Origin: Tubiluchus corallicola
Lineage: Eukaryota; Animalia; Priapulida
DNA length: 64,000 nt
Assembly: GCA_030141605.1 (NCBI GenBank)
Contig: JAQGDQ010000865.1
Coordinates: 1 to 64,000, forward strand
Reading direction: 5' to 3'
How positions within the stretch are numbered: the first letter of the stretch is position 1; each line of letters begins with the position of its first letter. The position numbers and the translations under genes were made by a program. A model generated the notes under the pieces. The model was not told the DNA's origin, ran no database searches, and saw only the letters and a program-made list of their open reading frames with translations. Shown piece by piece: positions 39,201 through 50,794 of this stretch.

Positions 39201-42200
39201 CTGCCGAACGTGCGTAATTCATCACAAACTAACACATCAGAACTGAGAGGTACAGCACCTGCTTTTTGTAAAACGCGTTTCCGAAATGCAGGCGCCAGCA
39301 CACGTCTAACTAGCAAATGGAAAAATGCATGTAACAGCGAAGAACTGGAAATTGTGTTTGTGTGGTAATACTTCTTTCACGCAAGTCGTTTTTTAAAAAA
39401 ATAGTAAGTTTCCCTTCGATATTTTAAAGAGTAGATTGTTTTAACGTGCAGTTTAAGATTGGGTCAGGTTTTGCTTTAAATAAAAGACTCACAAAATCAC
39501 CAAACAAAAAGTCAGCAAAAGTAGCAAATAAAGACAAGACTGTGACGTATAACAAACTTACGTTCAACATTTGGCACGCTCTCTTTCTTCTCATTAATTA
39601 TTTTCTCTGAATTATTTTTACTTTTATTCAAGTTCTCTCGCTGATTCTTCGTGAACGTCGGTTGCACATTACTAGCACCACTAGCGCCATCTTCGTTCAA
39701 AACTTTAGGCGGCGTGGGACTGGTTTTCGGTGACTTAACGGCTGCGGCGAAGAGTTTACTGCCCGTTGCATACGCGTTTGGTACTGTACTTGGCACTTTG
39801 GAATCGTCTAAGAAATTTGGCTTCACAAATGAGGCTTTTGAAATCATGTCTCTTTGTCTCGACGCTGGCCACCTGTCAACAGAAACAGCAACTTTAAGAC
39901 TACAAAAACTTAAACTTATCGTTCAATACTTTGAATTAGTTACCCACACTCCACTCATAACATGGTTTGCCGGACAAAAGTGGGGACAGGTCGGTATGTA
40001 TTTATCAATAGTAAGCTAATACAGTAGCCGCCATGTATTGTTGTCGGCATCCTTCTGTCTCGGAAGACAATGGAGTGTGCGCCAAGGGAGTCAGTTATTG
40101 ATCACATTGATGGAGCTGCAGCGTCGACTGTGGCTGAGCAGTCCGATCCTTGAACGTCTCCAGGGTGCACGCCTGGACAAGGTGTATGGAGATCCCGAGT
40201 TGCCTAGACAACAGGACCCCTCTCTTCCTCGCTAGTCCAAAGGAAAGCGGAGTGATACGTTTGATACCAGGTTGGCTGCAGGAGCTGCCGGAGTCAGTGA
40301 GCATGCTGCACTGGTCCGCTTTAGAGCCGCCATGTATTAGACTCAAGGTAATGTAGAATGAACCACCTAATTGCCTCAAAAACATCTAGTACGGACCGCT
40401 CCTGGCATACAAGTTGCACAAGCATCCTTACACGCTGCTTGGTTGCGCTGATGTAATGATGTAAACAAAGTGGTGGCCCGCCAACTAGCGGTCAGTTCAC
40501 ATCTAGTACGGGCCACTCCTATGCAAAAGTATACAAAAACCATCGGCAATTGACTCAATTGCAATAACTCTGCACAATTTTTCCTTCACCTGCTTAAATA
40601 AGACACTTTTGTGTGACCAATGAGCTTTCACTATTTTACTTTGCCTTACTTCGCTTTTGTACACTATAATATACATAGAAACAATTACTTCTGGTACAGT
40701 TGTTACTTGCTGCTTGGTTGTTACACTGATGTAATGATGTAAACAAAGTGACGGCCCGCCAGCCAGTGGTCAACTCACGAAATAATGGACTGGCTCTGTA
40801 GTATGTGAGACATTTTAATGTCCAGATTTTCTCCGAATTGCCCAATATCCGTAAAAGCGAGGTCCGGCAAACCGAGATATGAGGTGTCTTAAGATCGTGA
40901 ACGGTCAAATTAACTTGCACTAGCGAAAGTCTTCACTGCATAATTACATTTAAAGTAGGCATACCTAACATCAGTTGTATCACATGACTGAGTACCGACT
41001 GAAGACACGGTTGATTTCACAGCAAACAACGGCGACCCTAACTCTTGCAGACTCTGCGTTTCCACTTGCGAGTTAAAATCTGAAAACAAAAACAGAAGCC
41101 ATCCTTTGAATAAAAATCTGCTTAGAAATAACTAAGCTTTGCTGCATGTACATCCTGACTCAATGCATGCAATTGCCCATGTGGAAACACCCATCCATTC
41201 ATTGAACATACATGGTGTTGTTTAACTTAACTGCTGAACAAACACTCTGACTCGTAGATAGCTAAAATGGTAAAAGGATTCATAGCTTAAAGGAAAACCC
41301 GATTAGACCCAATCTTGTTTTGATTTACTGTCGGTGAATATACATTTTCTTGCCTATAAAAATTGGCAATTGTTTCTATCTTGCAAAGTTAATTAATGGC
41401 AACCGAACGCAGCTATCACTTACGTCACAAACTAACCGCAGTTTGTACAATGGCAGGCATCTTCCCTGTGCAATGTGCACGTTTGTGTAAGCTTGTCACA
41501 TTAGCCTGCAAAGTTAACTAATGGCAACCGAACGCAGCTATCACTTACGTCACAAACTAACCACAGTTTGTACAATAGCAGGCATCTTCCTTGTGCAATG
41601 TGCACGTTTGTGTAAGCTTGTCACATTAGCCTGCAAAGTTAACTAATGGCGACCAAACGCAGCTATCACTTACGTCACAAACTAACCACAGTTTGTACAA
41701 TGGCAGGCATCTTCCCTGTGCAATGTACATGTTGTGTAAGCTTGTCACATTAGCGTGCAAAGTTAACTAATAGCAACCGAACGCAGCTATCACTTACGTC
41801 ACAAACTAACCACAGTTTGTACAATGGCAGGCATCTTCCTTGTGCAATGTGCACGTTTGCGTAAGCTTGTCACATTAGCCTGCAAAGGTAACTAATGGCA
41901 ACCGAACGCAGCTATCACTTACGTCACAAACTAACCACAATTTGTGCAATGGTAGGCATCTTTCCTGCGTGTCAAGCATGTTTGTGTAAGCGAAGATGCC
42001 TCTGCCATCTGCTTTGGCGCAGTCCTGGGCCGGAATCCTATTCCCGTCAGGGTCGTCCAAGGAAAAAGAATCTGACGTCAGCGGGATTCGAACTTGTTTA
42101 CTAGAGCAGGATTCTCTGCCTGCTTTCCTAGACCTACCAGCTAAATTAAGTACCTGGTGATGTAATGGAAGGAGAAAGAGGTGAAGAGACGGACTAGCCA

Positions 42201-42286
42201 CCTCCCTCTCTGCCTCTCTGTCCTTCTTTCTCTCGACCTCTCTCTCTCTTTCTGTCTCTCTTTCTCTGTCTTATTCTCTCAGTCTA

Positions 42287-42334
<48 letters not shown>

Positions 42335-45300
42335 CCTCCCTCCCTCTCTCTCTCGCTTTCTCTCTCTCTCTATGTGTGTGTCTCTCCTTCTCTCTTTCTC
42401 TTTCTCTCACTCTCTCTATCTTTCGCTCTCTTTATCTCTCCCCCCTCTCTCTCTCTCTCTCTCCATAAAACATATTATTGATCTTATTGACAAGTAATTT
42501 AAATTTTTGCTTGCTTAATAAAGAAAGTGCACTACAAATGCTCTGATTACTTTTCAAACTTTTGCAATCTTATCTAAACTTGATTCAAACAACTTGCCGC
42601 TAAAATGGCTGCACCTAACGGTCATCGCGGGAGTTTATATTCACAAATTATGTATTGGGGCATCGTACATAGATACTGTAACCACTTATCTGAATGCCAG
42701 ATCAGTCTACTCTAGGGGGTCATTCTATTTCTTCTTCTAGTGTATGAAGCCAAGTCACTGCTAGAACAAACCAACCTGTTTGCACTTCAGCATCCCTATA
42801 AACTATTGTATACGACTCTGGCTTCTTTGCGTTACCGTACCGCCTCTGATGCCTGCTTCCGCCCCGGACGTCATGGTAACCCTAGCAAAAAAACACATCA
42901 CGATTATCAACTACTACGAAATGAGCAGTTTTGCAACAAACGATTAAGTTAAGCAACAGCAGACTCGGTCAGTGAACGAATGACCGTTTGCCATACTTGC
43001 GTACATGCACGCATATGAGTAAGCACGATACAGTCAACCCTCGTTAAACCGGACTAATTGGGGTGTGGGTGGTCGATTGTCCGATTTATCCTATATGCCT
43101 ATATATGGTCTATATTATACAGGAATAATCACCTTAATAAGGCCTATATACATTGCACTATATACTATACTGTATATTACTTTAAAATAGTTAACCTGTG
43201 AGGATAAAGAAATTATTGTACAGTTGGAAGGCCGTGTTGTGTTTAGCGCTCCGGCTCGGACGGAAATCGGTCAGTTTCCTTTACCATGGACGACGTCTGT
43301 CTTATCCGATATCCGGGCTAACGGGGTCCGGTTTAACGAGGGTCGACGGTAGTTCTATGCAATTACATACGGATAAGTATTATTGCTACTGACATCAAAA
43401 CCGGGCCAAAAAACAACAATGTTAGACATGCTACACTGACAGATATTGAAATGTTGGCATCCTTCTGTCTTCGGAAGACAATGGAGTGTGCGCCAAGAGA
43501 GTCAGTTACTGATCACAGTGATGGAGCTGCAGCGTCGACTGTGGCTGAGCAGTGCGATCCTTGAACGTCTCCAGGGCGCACGCCTGGGCAAGGTGTATGG
43601 AGATCCTGAGTTCCCCAGACAACAGGAAGCCCCTCTCTTCCTCCCTGGTGTAGTCCGAAGGAAAGCGGAGCGATACGTTTGGCACCAGGTTGGCTGCAGG
43701 AGCTGCCGGAGTCAGTGAGCATGCTGCACTGGTCTGCCTTCGGAGCTCCACTCCTGATTTGGAAGGTTTACTCCTCTACACATGGCCGTTGGGTCACTTG
43801 ATCTCCTCCGCCCTCTAGCCGTTGGCTGCTTGTACAGCTCCTCTGCCTAGCGTCGAGATACAGTGTGGGCATCCCGCAAGCCTACAGCACCTGGTATTCC
43901 TAGGCGGTCACCCATCCAAGTACTAACCAGGCTCTATGTTGCTTAACTTCAGTGATCAGACGAGAACCGGTATTTTCAACATGATTTGGCCAGTCACTGA
44001 CAGGTATAAATATATTATTATAGACCATTTTTTTATTATTTTTTATTTTATTTTGTACGATTATGTACAGACACATATTTATATAACTATACAAAATATA
44101 ACAGGAATTAAGTTAGCGTAAACACACACACAACAAAGAAAGAACTTAGTATGTGTAAACAATTTTTTTAAAATAAATTTTTTTAATTTCGTACATTAAT
44201 GGCACATGAAAATATCGTTAGTTTTCACATATTCTTCACACATATTATTGTAAACACACATTAAAAGCATTAGTAACTAGCCTTTTTACATTCATGTTAC
44301 CAAACCGCAAATATGAGCCATACTTTCTTCTAAAATGACAATGACCATCGTTAGTTAGATACATTAGATACGTCGTTAGTTACATACATTAGATACGTCG
44401 TTAGTTAGATACATTAGATACGTCGTTAGTTAGATACATTAGATACGTCGTTAGTTAGATACATTAGATACGTCGTTAGTTAGATACATTAGATACGTCG
44501 TTAGTTAGATACATTAGATACGTCGTTAGTTAGATACATTAGATACGTCGTTAGTTAGATACATTAGATACGTTGTTAGTTAGATACATTAGATACGTCG
44601 TTAGTTACATACATTAGATACGTCGTTAGTTAGATACATTAGATACGTCGTTAGTTAGATACATTAGATACGTCGTTAGTTAGATACATTAGATACGTCG
44701 TTAGTTAGATACATTAGATACGTCATTAGTTAGATACATTAGATACGTTGTTAGTTAGGTACATTAGATATGTCGTTAGTTACATACATTAGGTACGTCG
44801 TTAGTTACATACATTAGATACGTCATTAGTTAGATACATTAGATACGTCATTAGTTAGATACATTAGATACGTCGTTAGTTACCTACATTAGATACGTCA
44901 TTAGTTAGATACATTAGATACGTCGTTAGTTACATACATTAGATACATCATTAGTTAGATACATTAGATACGTCATTAGTTAGATACATTAGATACGTCA
45001 TTAGTTAGATACATTAGATACGTCATTAGTTAGATACATTAGATACGTCGTTAGTTACATACATTAGATACGTCATTAGTTAGATACATTAGATACGTCG
45101 TTAGTTACATACATTAGATACGTCATTAGTTAGATACATTAGATACGTCATTAGTTAGATACATTAGATACGTCATTAGTTAGATACATTAGATACGTCA
45201 TTAGTTAGATACATTAGATACATATCAAACAAAAGGTCTCGAACTAGTGTCATGCCATTGGGGGTTTTGGGGGCGAAAAGTCTCCAACTTATACCTCTTT

Positions 45301-48300
45301 TTTCTGAAGAATGGGAATGGGCCATGGGTGGTGCCGGCGATGGATAGATAGCCCGTTTAGCGGTGGGCGTAGTAGGCATATTTAGAATTTGCGAGAAGGC
45401 CACAGCGTCCCGCAACGGATGTTTTCCCAGATGTTTTTCAAACAGCATGCGGAAAAAATGTTTTGGCGGCACCTGGTGGGACTCTCGAAAGGAGATATAT
45501 AGCTCTTTAGAAAGAGGAAGAACAGGGCTACACGATGACGTGGGCTATGTTTTAGGACACGTCCACCAAGAGGAGTACCGACGAGTTAATTAGATGTTCT
45601 ATTTTCCGCAATTTTCGCTTGGAAAACTGACGCAAAGCCATTGTTCCGACGTCATCCATTATACTCTGTCTGTAAACTTATAGCTTTAATTCAGTAAAAG
45701 CTGCTGCTACTGGCTTTACGTTAGGTAAGTAAACAAACACTAGGTAGGATGTTCGCGTATTTTTGATTATGAGTAAATTTATATGCAAAATTTTTGCGGG
45801 GCCTTTGCTAGTTTTACATTAATATTTTTGAAAACCCGCGAAACAGCGAGTCCGCGATAAACGAACCGCGAAGTAGCGAGGGAACAGTGTAGATGAAAAT
45901 GTCATTGCTAACACCAGAAAGAATCAGCACAAACGACAATGTTAACTAGTGAAAACTGCACTTACAGAAGGCTTGAAATTTGCTCCTCCGGGCTTTTTTG
46001 ACTCCCCGAATTTAATTTTCCCATTGGCTGTTTTTACGGGAACATGAAACAGAGGTAAACTAGGGAAAAATCCTAAAAAATCACAAAACGTTATAGTTAA
46101 AACAACACATGTTCATTAAAATTTTAATATACATGTTAAAAATCATGTGAAACATTTCAATTAGCTGCTGCTGTCATCATCACTGGTAAATTTTTACAAG
46201 ACTTACAACCAGTTTATACAGGCACAGCCTACAGTATAGAACATTATGCACTAATTATGCTGTTGACTAATTAGTGCATAATTTACTGTATCAATTTCTT
46301 TTCTACAGGTCTGCTTAATCATTACCTATTTGGCACAATTAGTGCATAATCAAATATCTGTGCAACGGTCATCCGCTGTATGCATTCTGATTGTTAAATT
46401 TACTGGCGTATATAATTTCTGAAAGCATTGTTAACGTTAAAGAGATGTAGCCATTGTTAACGTTAAAGAGATGTAGCCATTGTTAACGTCAAAGAGATGT
46501 AGCCATTGTTAACGTTAAAGAGATGTAGCCATTGTTAACGTTAAAGAGATGTAGCCATTGTTAACGTTAAAGAGATGTAGCCATTGTTAACGTTAAAGAG
46601 ATGTAGCCATTGTTAACGTCAAAGAGATGTAGCCATTGTTAACGTTAAAGAGATGAAGCCATTGTTAACGTCAAAGAGATGTAGCCATTGTTAACGTCAA
46701 AGAGATGTAGCCATTGTTAACGTTAAAGAGATGTAGCCATTGTTAACGTCAAAGAGATGTAGCCATTGTTAACGTCAAAGAGATGTAGCCATTGTTAACG
46801 TCAAAGAGATGTAGCCATTGTTAACGTCAAAGAGATGTAGCCATTGTTAACGTCAAAGAGATGTAGCCATTGTTAACGTTAAAGAGATGTAGCCATTGTT
46901 AACGTTAAAGAGATGTAGCCATTGTTAACGTTAAAGAGATGTAGCCATTGTTAACGTTAAAGAGATGTAGCCATTGTTAACGTCAAAGAGATGTAGCCAT
47001 TGTTAACGTCAAAGAGATGAAGCCATTGTTAACGTTAAAGAGATGTAGCCATTGTTAACGTTAAAGAGATGTAGCCATTGTTAACGTTAAAGAGATGTAG
47101 CCATTGTTAACGTTAAAGAGATGTAGCCATTGTTAACGTTAAAGAGATGTAGCCATTGTTAACGTTAAAGAGATGTAGCCATTGTTAACGTCAAAGAGAT
47201 GTAGCCATTGTTAACGTTAAAGAGATGTAGCCATTGTTAACGTTAAAGAGATGTAGCCATTGTTAACGTTAAAGAGATGTAGCCATTGTTAACGTCAAAG
47301 AGATGTAGCCATTGTTAACGTTAAAGAGATGTAGCCATTTTTTACTTTAATTGCAAGTGCTAAAATAAGAAAGTATTTGGGTGGTGCAGTAAAGCACCTG
47401 CTAAAAATCCGGTTTTCCCTCCAGCTGCTTATCTGTGGAATTTTCTGCCAGGAGACTGTTTCCCTGAGAATTAAAAACTCGCTGAATTAAAAAATAGCAT
47501 CAATAGATGCCTTTCGTCAGCAGCTAATCAGCAAATTTTAATTCCTCAAAAATTAAACAAGTGACTGTTGCCTGTCTATATGATTCAAAGTTTGAAAAAT
47601 TAAAATGCTACTGTATAAATTTAATATATTTATTAAGTGGAATTATGTAAAAAATGAATAAATTCACAATGATAACCTGCAGCAGGAAGAGGTGCAGTAG
47701 GTGTCTCTCCTAAAAGAGGCGACGGATACACGGAATTATAACCACGTAGGCAACTCTCGAATGCTTCCTCGCCAGGTGTGTACACTGCAGTACCTGCGCA
47801 CGTTGGCGGAAAATTGTTGGGCAGTGGACCGTTACCTCTGCCAAATTTTGCCTTTTGAAAACTGCAACATACAAAAACAATTTTAAACAAATTTTGTATC
47901 CATGTGAATAAATTTATTGTCTTGTGATTATGGATTAACTTACAGTCAAGCTCGGATATCAGGGACACCTCCGGACTGGAAGAAACAGTCCCTTACAGCT
48001 CAACCTCGGATATCACGGATACCTCGAGACCGTAAAATACCATCCCTTATATCCGATGTCCCTTATAGCCGAAGTTGAGTCAAACTGAGGGTGTACCTAG
48101 ACCTGTACTTTTCTGTACTTTTACCCGTATTTTTATGGATTATTGCTACACATTCAATGCAAACGGTATGTAGGAAGCTCCTTCAGTGATGCGAGATGTA
48201 TGTGACCGCGTAAACCGAGCTGTTTGAAGGTCGAGTTTGCGAAAAATTGAGGTCAAAAATCAATCAATTTCGCTTTGATCATAGGGTCCCTTATAAGCAA

Positions 48301-50575
48301 GATAATTTACCTGGGTTTCTATTATGCGGAACGTGAAGATATCGTCCCTTATAACCGAAAGTCTCTTAAATCCGAGTACCTTATATACGAAGATTTTCAC
48401 ATAGGAAAAACGTTAGGAAAAATTGGGACCGGTGTTGATGGTCCCTTATAAACGAACGTGCCTTATAACCGAAAGTCCTTTATATCCGAGTAACTTATAT
48501 ATGAAGATTTTTATAAGGAAAATGTTACGAAAAATCGGGACCGGTGTTGATGGTCTCTTATAAACGAATGTGCCTTATAAGCGAGTACCTTATATCCGAG
48601 GTTGACTGTATGTTACCTTGCACCCCATGTATCTTACCGGCTGGCCGTTATCATTATAGTATTAGACAGAGCAGGTATCATCAGACAATAAGCAGGGATG
48701 TTACCGAAACTGAAACTACAAACCGAAACGGAAATTTACGAAACTTAAGAAACCGAAACGAAACCGAACCGAAATCACATTTGCAAAACCAACTGTTTAA
48801 AAAACTCTGAAACATGTAAAATAGTTTGTTTATTTATATTTGTCCGGACACAAGCTTGACGAAGAAGCTAGGCAAAAAAATTCTAACCAAAAAAATAGAA
48901 CAATGTTCACGGTTAAAGATATTCAAGGTTAAAAAAACTGACAAATTTTATTTTGTAAATATTTTGTCACCAATATTTTGTAAATTATAAAATTAAACTT
49001 GGTTTTATTCAAATTATGCTGTGATATTTCAGTTCATTGTGCCTGGAGACCTTAAAGCTTCACAGTCGTCAGCACTAAAGATGTCCCGCATTGCTGTAAA
49101 AAGCATGCTACAAAGTTTTGATAAACGATATTTATGATTTATTTGAGTTATTTAAAACCAAAATTTTTCCACGATTTTTAACATCTAGCAGAAAATGGGT
49201 AAGCTGGATAAATACTACTAAAACCTTGGAGAAATGCTTCGGAAAATTACCGAAAGCTTCAGCTACGAAACTTGATAATTTTTCACAAAAATTAATGTGC
49301 AATATAATGACAAACCAAAACAAAATCGACATCCCTGATAATAACAGATAGCTTATTCATGGGGAATTAGTGAAGTTACAACATGTCACTTATTGAATCT
49401 CCCTGTTTAATCGGGCATTTTTCACATATCCCTAATCTCCATTTCATGAGGATCATTTCGATACCAAGTTCATGGCTCTATGTTATTTCTAAGGTGAGAT
49501 AATTGAACTTGAGGTTGAAATTGAATTTCTAAGCCACGTTGAAGTTGAGGTGTAGGCTACGCAGTGAAAAACTTAATCTTGAGAAAACTGCTGTTAAAGT
49601 TAGTCATTGTTTTTGCCGCGTTTTCACAAAATACTTAGCAGCCACACTCTATGGACTTGACAAGAACACATTAAAGTTACATTTAAATCCAGTAGATGGC
49701 TCTTCCTGATGAAGATCTGGTCTTGTCAGCAAAAAAACCTGAAGCAAAATGACTGATTCCATGAGCCACTGTAGGAGTTCGAAATTACAAGTCTTCTTAC
49801 AATTGCAGTACTAGTTTAGACAGAAAAGTGGTTAAGGAGTTTTAAAATTGGATTTTTAGTATTTTTTGGACATTTTCTTGATAATTTGGCACTAGAATAT
49901 AAAAGTCCACTATATATAGTGTTTGTTTTTATAAAAAGAAAAAACAAAAATTGACATTTGACCAAATTTCAGGTCATTCTACTTTGAAGCACCATAACAT
50001 AGTTTTAACTGGACGGTTTTGGTTTGCAAGCACACATGCAATTTACTAAAGTATTGAAAACTTATTAAAGCAGACAAAACTTATTAATGTTGTCTTCTAC
50101 TACAAATATTAGTATTGTGCAATTGGACAACTTCTTAACATACTTCCTATTGGACTATCCTGTACAAATAGATAATTTAACACACTCTGGGCCACCCTGT
50201 ATGAATTATAACCTAACTCAGCTTGAATCACCATGCACAAATGGGTTGCAATAAAACTCATTTTGGGCCACTCTGTACGACAAATTGATAAGAAACTTAA
50301 CTCACATTAAGGCACCTTCTAAAATGATAAAAAACTCACCCTGGGTCACCCTGTACAAATGGGTAACAGCTCGTCATGTACTTGGGTAAGCCAGAAAAGT
50401 GCGATGGCTGAGCAGTCGAGCCATCCTCAGTAACCGACTGAGCCGGCACCACCGCCGTTCTGACGCTGACGATTTCCTGGTTAGCAACCGGATGTTGGCA
50501 TTGTTCTGACGTCGCATCCGAGCCGCCGAGCTGACGGGGGACAAACGGCTCGCAATCTGCTGACAACTTGTACAT
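25818..50575 (-). CDS. SECISBP2L: Selenocysteine insertion sequence-binding protein 2-like; 17 coding exons, ~1104 aa
   Basis: Phase-consistent exons 50575-50340, 47861-47677, 46072-45966, 42881-42776, 41079-40965, 39872-39562, 38359-38226, 37111-36994, 36690-36530, 34378-34289, 32822-32638, 31758-31688, 30839-30659, 28752-28647, 27965-27851, 27696-27542, 26756-25818 sum to 3315 nt. Motifs: KLSADCEPFVP, YMTSCYPFVQ, PIQFDIGNIIAALE, NPLDSTAP..KRGKERE..LKKIILKERE, IHSRRFREYC, L7Ae domain (RRIVLGLREVTKHLKL...ALGRRALGRAC), and the SBP2L-type HMGHSRTPSACSAISF. ATG 50575 directly follows an acceptor, so an upstream exon exists but was not resolved. Confidence 0.93.
26926..27228 (+). mobile_element. 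tRNA-derived SINE, Meta-SINE-like core, (ATT)n tail
   Basis: A-box-like tagtctagtgg, B box gttcaaacc, core ccgggtcataccaaagactttaaaaatgg, then AATAAA and an ATT-repeat tail. Confidence 0.7.
27542..27696 (-). CDS. SECISBP2L: SECISBP2L L7Ae exon
   Basis: Encodes GGLDDALHNII...VPFVFALGRRALGRACSKLVPVSVVGIFNYEGSE; donor gtaagt. Confidence 0.93.
27851..27965 (-). CDS. SECISBP2L: SECISBP2L L7Ae exon followed by a GC-AG intron
   Basis: Encodes ARSKRRIVLGLREVTKHLKLRKLKLLIISPNLERIQSK; donor G|gcaagt. Confidence 0.92.
28057..28502. repeat. (ATC)n degenerate trinucleotide repeat
   Basis: Direct inspection. Confidence 0.95.
28647..28752 (-). CDS. SECISBP2L: SECISBP2L RNA-binding domain exon
   Basis: Encodes YCTQMLDKNIDNCCTLLLQDLVRFQDKLYHKDKIK. 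Confidence 0.93.
29734..30295. repeat. (AGC/AGT)n triplet repeat with inverted (GCT)n core
   Basis: Orientation flips at ~29975-30100. Confidence 0.95.
30659..30839 (-). CDS. SECISBP2L: SECISBP2L exon ending in IHSRRFRE
   Basis: ttcag|GT GGC...ATT CAC AGC CGC AGA TTC AGA GA|gtaagt. Confidence 0.9.
30990..31452. repeat. (AAACAACTAT/AAACAACT)n simple repeat
   Basis: Direct inspection. Confidence 0.93.
32638..32822 (-). CDS. SECISBP2L: SECISBP2L exon, Sec incorporation domain K-rich region
   Basis: Encodes NPLDSTAPAKRGKERETPAKKRPSPLKKIILKERE; donor AA|gtaagt. Confidence 0.93.
35130..36455. repeat. 35-bp minisatellite with TTAGGG-like subunits, ~36 copies
   Basis: Unit gtgttggatcagggttagggttaggttagaacttt. 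Confidence 0.95.
36530..36690 (-). CDS. SECISBP2L: SECISBP2L exon (Lys-rich NLS-like stretch, PIQFDIG motif)
   Basis: Encodes KKSKQKKKKKKEKR...EPIQFDIGNIIAALE; donor gtattg. Confidence 0.88.
37748..38203. mobile_element. piggyBac-like MITE, copy 3
   Basis: TTAA TSD, one mismatch in the right TIR; ends ~20 nt from a SECISBP2L donor site. Confidence 0.88.
38860..39390. repeat. Unclassified dispersed repeat; other copies ~11860-12380 and ~61170-62140 (interrupted)
   Basis: Shared blocks such as tgcgtgaaagaattattaccacacaaac, aaacaggtgctgtacctc and acttgaaaatggggta. Confidence 0.7.
39562..39872 (-). CDS. SECISBP2L: SECISBP2L internal exon (low-complexity linker)
   Basis: gacag|G TGG...GAA C|gtaagt; open and phase-compatible with both neighbours. 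Confidence 0.8.
40040..40324 (-). mobile_element. 5'-truncated copy of the same SINE body
   Basis: Colinear with 43450-43740; perfect 14-bp TSD AGCCGCCATGTATT (40026-40039 and 40325-40338). Confidence 0.88.
41383..41991. repeat. ~125-bp tandem repeat, ~5 copies
   Basis: ggcaaccgaacgcagctatcacttacgtcaca recurs every 124-125 bp; inverted monomer at ~32090-32190. Confidence 0.92.
42200..42464. repeat. (CT)n microsatellite
   Basis: Direct inspection. Confidence 0.95.
43031..43350. mobile_element. Tc1/mariner-type MITE
   Basis: cagtcaaccctcgttaaaccggac ... gtccggtttaacgagggtcgacgg inverted termini, TA flanks. Confidence 0.7.
43447..43994 (-). mobile_element. 5S rRNA-derived SINE (SINE3-class), apparently full length
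   Basis: 5S head plus ~430-bp body, flanked by direct repeat CACTGACAGRTAT (43434-43446 and 43995-44007). The body recurs at 40040-40324. Confidence 0.85.
43878..43992 (-). pseudogene. 5S rRNA-derived sequence (SINE head), CpG-decayed
   Basis: Reverse strand reads GGCCAAATCATGTTGAAAATACCGGTTCTCGTCTGATCACTGAAGTTAAGCAAC...TTAGTACTTGGATGGGTGACCGCCTAGGAATACCAGGTGCTGTAGGCTT, with box A/C intact and no oligo-T terminator. Confidence 0.88.
44350..45220. repeat. 25-bp minisatellite, ~35 copies
   Basis: Unit gttagttagatacattagatacgtc. Confidence 0.96.
46426..47339. repeat. 26-bp minisatellite, ~35 copies
   Basis: Unit cattgttaacgttaaagagatgtagc, with internal palindrome ttaacgttaa. Confidence 0.96.
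47943..48608. mobile_element. Tc1/mariner (pogo-like) MITE
   Basis: TA|CAGTCAAgCTCGGATAT...ATATCCGAGGTTGACTG|TA; inverted partial copy at ~17660-18068. Confidence 0.8.
50340..50575 (-). CDS. SECISBP2L: SECISBP2L first identified coding exon (PAM2-like motif)
   Basis: tttag|ATG TAC AAG; encodes KLSADCEPFVP and YMTSCYPFVQ; donor GG|gtgagt. Confidence 0.9.
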
Positions 50576-50794
50576 CTAAATTAGAAAGAAGTACGGAGAA
50601 AATTAAAAGTAATGTGTTCGTATGTTTGATTTGCAATGTGCATGCTGGTAGGTTATTGCAAACTCTCTGACACTAACTGAACATACTTGCAAGTTACTTG
50701 GCAAGTTAACCTGGCAAAAAACTTGCCATTCTGAATGTGTCATAAAATAAGGTGTGCATACATTTAGATACGTTGATCATTTCGACAGACGGCA

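Noticed and set aside
43878-43992. Functional 5S rRNA gene
   Set aside because: Single copy, 5' end altered, CpG decay, no terminator, and embedded in a TSD-bounded element.
15878-47339. Regular arrays resembling CRISPR
   Set aside because: Head-to-tail units without unique spacers, no cas genes, eukaryotic intron context.
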